Notes under the pieces: model-generated
The model's input: the letters and a program-made list of their open reading frames with translations, nothing else
The model's database searches: none
What the model was told of the DNA's origin: nothing
Source: Octopus bimaculoides
Taxonomy: Eukaryota
Assembly (NCBI RefSeq): GCF_001194135.2
Contig: NC_069008.1
Span: 2,006,074-2,047,673 of the forward strand
Direction: 5' to 3'
Length of the DNA: 41,600 bases
Translations under genes and position numbers: made by a program
In this document: positions 38,787 to 41,600 of the stretch, piece after piece
Layout: every line of letters begins with the position of its first letter
How positions within the stretch are numbered: position 1 is the stretch's first letter

Positions 38787-40304
38787 CTATCCTGTATGAA
38801 TATGTTTGTGATTAGTGAGACCATCATTTCTAGAGAATGATTTACCACAGATACCACACTCATACGGTTTTTCTCCCGTATGAGTACGTTTGTGGTTAGT
38901 TAGATCATGAGATTCAGAGAATGATTTACCACAGATATTACACTGATATGGTTTTTCTCCTGTGTGAGTACGTTTATGACGAGTGAGAACATCATTTCTA
39001 GAGAATGATTTACCACAGATGTCACATTTACATGGTTTTTCTCCTGTGTGAGTACGTTTGTGATCAGTTAAGTGACGAGATACAGAGAATGATTTACCAC
39101 AGATATCACAGTGATATGGCTTCTCTCCTGTATGAGTACGTGTGTGCTGAGTTAATTTACTAGACTGAGAAAATGATTTACCACAGATATCACAGTGATA
39201 TGGTTTTTCTCCTGTATGAGTACGTGTGTGCTTAGTTAAGTCACTAGACTGAGAATATGATTTACCACAGATATTACAGTGATATGGTCTTTCTCCTGTA
39301 TGAGTACGTGTGTGCTTAGTTACGTCACTAGACTGAAGAAATGATTTACCACAGATATCACAGTGATATGGTTTTTCTCCAGTATGAGTACGTTTATGTC
39401 TAGTGAGAACAACATTTCTAGAGAATGATTTACCACAGATGTCACAGTGATATGGTTTTTCTCCTGTATGAATACGGATGTGTTCAGTTAAGTGACTACA
39501 TACAGAGAATGATTTACCACAGATATCACAGTGATAAGGTTTCTCTCCTGTATGAAGACGTTTATGATAAGTGAGTCCATCATTTCTTGAAAATGATTTA
39601 CCACAGATGTCACAGTGATATGGTTTTTCTCCTGTGTGAGTACGTTTATGACAAGTGAGATTATCATTTCTAGAGAACGATTTACCACAGATGTCACAGT
39701 GATATGGTTTTTCTCTTGTATGAGTACGTCTGTGCTTAGCTAAGTGATCAGATTGAGTAAATGATTTAACACATATATCGCAGTGATATGGCTTCTCTCC
39801 TGTGTGAATATGTTTATGAGTAGTAAGACCATCATTTCTAGCGAAAGATGTACCACATATGTCACGCTGATATGGTTTTTCTCCTGTATGAGTACGTTTA
39901 TGCCTAGTGAGACAAGAATTTCTAGAGAATGATTTACCACAGATATCACAGTGATATGGCTTCTCTCCTGTATGTAAACGTTTATGACAAGTGAGATCAT
40001 AATTTCTAGAGAACGATTTACCACAGATGTCACAGTGATATGGTTTTTCTCTTGTATGAGTACGTTTATGACTAGTCAAGTGACCAGATTCAGAGAATGA
40101 TTTACCACAAATATCACACTGATATGGCTTCTCTCCTGTATGTAAACGTTTATGCCTAGTGAGAACAAAATCTCTAGAGAATGAATTACCACAGATACTG
40201 CACTGATATGGTTTTTCTCCTGTATGAGTATGTTTATGATGAGTGAGTCCATCCTTTTTTGAAAATGAGTTACCACAAATATCACACTGATATCGTTTTA
40301 CCAT
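38787..40304 (-). CDS. ZF-E: C2H2 zinc-finger ORF, 18 fingers (one with C->R), 505 aa from an internal ATG
   Basis: Open from MVKRYQC to HKHIHTG*. The ancestral ATG at 40549 gives only 15 aa before TAA (40502-40504), and a deletion near 40350 shifts the frame. Confidence 0.7.
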   Translation of the reverse strand: MVKRYQCDICGNSFSKKDGLTHHKHTHTGEKPYQCSICGNSFSRDFVLTRHKRLHTGEKPYQCDICGKSFSESGHLTSHKRTHTREKPYHCDICGKSFSRNYDLTCHKRLHTGEKPYHCDICGKSFSRNSCLTRHKRTHTGEKPYQRDICGTSFARNDGLTTHKHIHTGEKPYHCDICVKSFTQSDHLAKHRRTHTREKPYHCDICGKSFSRNDNLTCHKRTHTGEKPYHCDICGKSFSRNDGLTYHKRLHTGEKPYHCDICGKSFSVCSHLTEHIRIHTGEKPYHCDICGKSFSRNVVLTRHKRTHTGEKPYHCDICGKSFLQSSDVTKHTRTHTGERPYHCNICGKSYSQSSDLTKHTRTHTGEKPYHCDICGKSFSQSSKLTQHTRTHTGEKPYHCDICGKSFSVSRHLTDHKRTHTGEKPCKCDICGKSFSRNDVLTRHKRTHTGEKPYQCNICGKSFSESHDLTNHKRTHTGEKPYECGICGKSFSRNDGLTNHKHIHTG

Positions 40305-40897
40305 TGTATGAATGCGTTTGTGAGAACATAAAGCAGTTAAGTCAGACAACGATATGGTTTTTCTCCTGTGTGAAGACGTATGTGAACAGTTATAGCAAAC
40401 CTTTTAGAGAATAATCTACCACTAATACCACTGGGATATGGTTTCTCACTTCTCTCAATACATTTGTGTTTAATGAGGTTACTTTCCAAAGAAAATGATT
40501 TTTAACAGATACCACAATGATACAATGATTTTTCAGTCTCTTTTTGCATCTCTTCAACAAAATAATAAATCAATCCTTTAAGTTTTTAACACAATCCATT
40601 GTTTCAATAGCTGTCTTCTCCCAGAACAATATACATTTATTTTCTTGTTTCACCTTTTATCTTTCATTTCTTTCAGCTGTTTTCCTATCAACTCTGTTTT
40701 CACCAATATCTGAAGATGCCACAAACATATTATAAACTTCATCTATCTTGTACATATTACAGACTGTACAGGAGAGAAATGCTCATTGAGTTATATATTC
40801 GTTGCATGTAACGTTTTTCTTTAGTCTTTAAGAGATAATTAATGTTGATGATGAATCTGATGTAAGCAATTCTTTCATGTCACAGTTGTCTGATATT

Positions 40898-40925
40898 CTG
40901 AAATAATAGAGAAACAACTGTATAA
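40898..40925 (-). other. 3' splice acceptor of the ZF-E exon
   Basis: Minus strand reads GTTGTTTCTCTATTATTTCAG|AATATC. 40365-41017 is a close duplicate of 35500-36132. Confidence 0.7.
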
Positions 40926-41600
40926 GATTTACATCAGACAACATAGTGCAAAGCCTATATCATCTTACAATAATGGACGTTATGTCTGTGTATCTGTCTG
41001 TTCCCTTTTCATGGTCAAACGGTTGAACCAATGGTCATGATGTTTTGGGGGATTACAAAGGAGGTAATCAGGGAGGATTTTGGCGAACAAAAAAGTGAAA
41101 AAGTACAATTATTTAGTGGATATTGAGTTTCATATTAATAAATCACCTTTGATTTTCCTTTTGTAAAATTTCTGGTGATGAGGATGAACTCTGGATATCC
41201 ACCCCACTGTACAGTTCGTGAATTTAGAGGGTTTAGATTTGTGATACTATCCCCTTATTTCCCATCGTAGATGGGCAGATTCCTAAAGATTCTGCTTGCA
41301 CATCCACAGCAAACATGACACAGAGCCAGACTTTAGATCATGCAGATGTAATTTAACCCACTCCGATGTTTCTAAAAGGCCAGCTATAAATCGCTATGAG
41401 TAGAGCAACAGACTCCAGTAATTTGAGAATTAGTGTCGACCAAACAGGAAATATCATCTACAAAGAAATTTTGTAATGATATTGATATTATCGAAAGGAA
41501 TATGGTTCATAATTTGAATAAGGAAATTTGTAAACTCTGAATGTATTAAAGTATGAACAAGTGTAAAATAGTGTAAACAACTAAAATAAAAATACATCCA

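Overview
Eukaryotic, AT-rich, gapped scaffold. It is most likely a coleoid cephalopod (octopus-type), inferred from the SINE families and the zinc-finger style. The window is a tandem cluster of six C2H2 zinc-finger arrays. Five are on the minus strand: ZF-A ~7.3-7.9 kb (partial, frameshifted), ZF-B 8713-9744, ZF-C 22090-23202, ZF-D ~33.3-35.7 kb (disrupted) and ZF-E 38787-40304. One divergent array, ZF-F (15086-15826), is on the plus strand. ZF-B, -C, -D and -E share a homologous leader and 3' splice acceptor. Only two copies of a matching non-coding first exon/promoter are visible (~12.9 kb and ~31.2 kb). The spaces between genes hold three tRNA-derived SINE families, RTE-type LINE pieces, a Merlin relic, a mariner deletion derivative, hAT and piggyBac-type MITEs, and a Gypsy-like LTR element with a tRNA-Trp primer-binding site. 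The most notable observations are: (1) a minimal hammerhead-ribozyme fold inside a ~150-bp palindrome in a (TA)n tract; (2) zinc-finger exons that seem to lack their own promoter and may be alternative terminal cassettes; (3) a new strong-context ATG formed in a finger linker that restores a 505-aa ORF behind nonsense and frameshift lesions. All alignments were done by eye and element boundaries are approximate unless a TSD or TIR is quoted.
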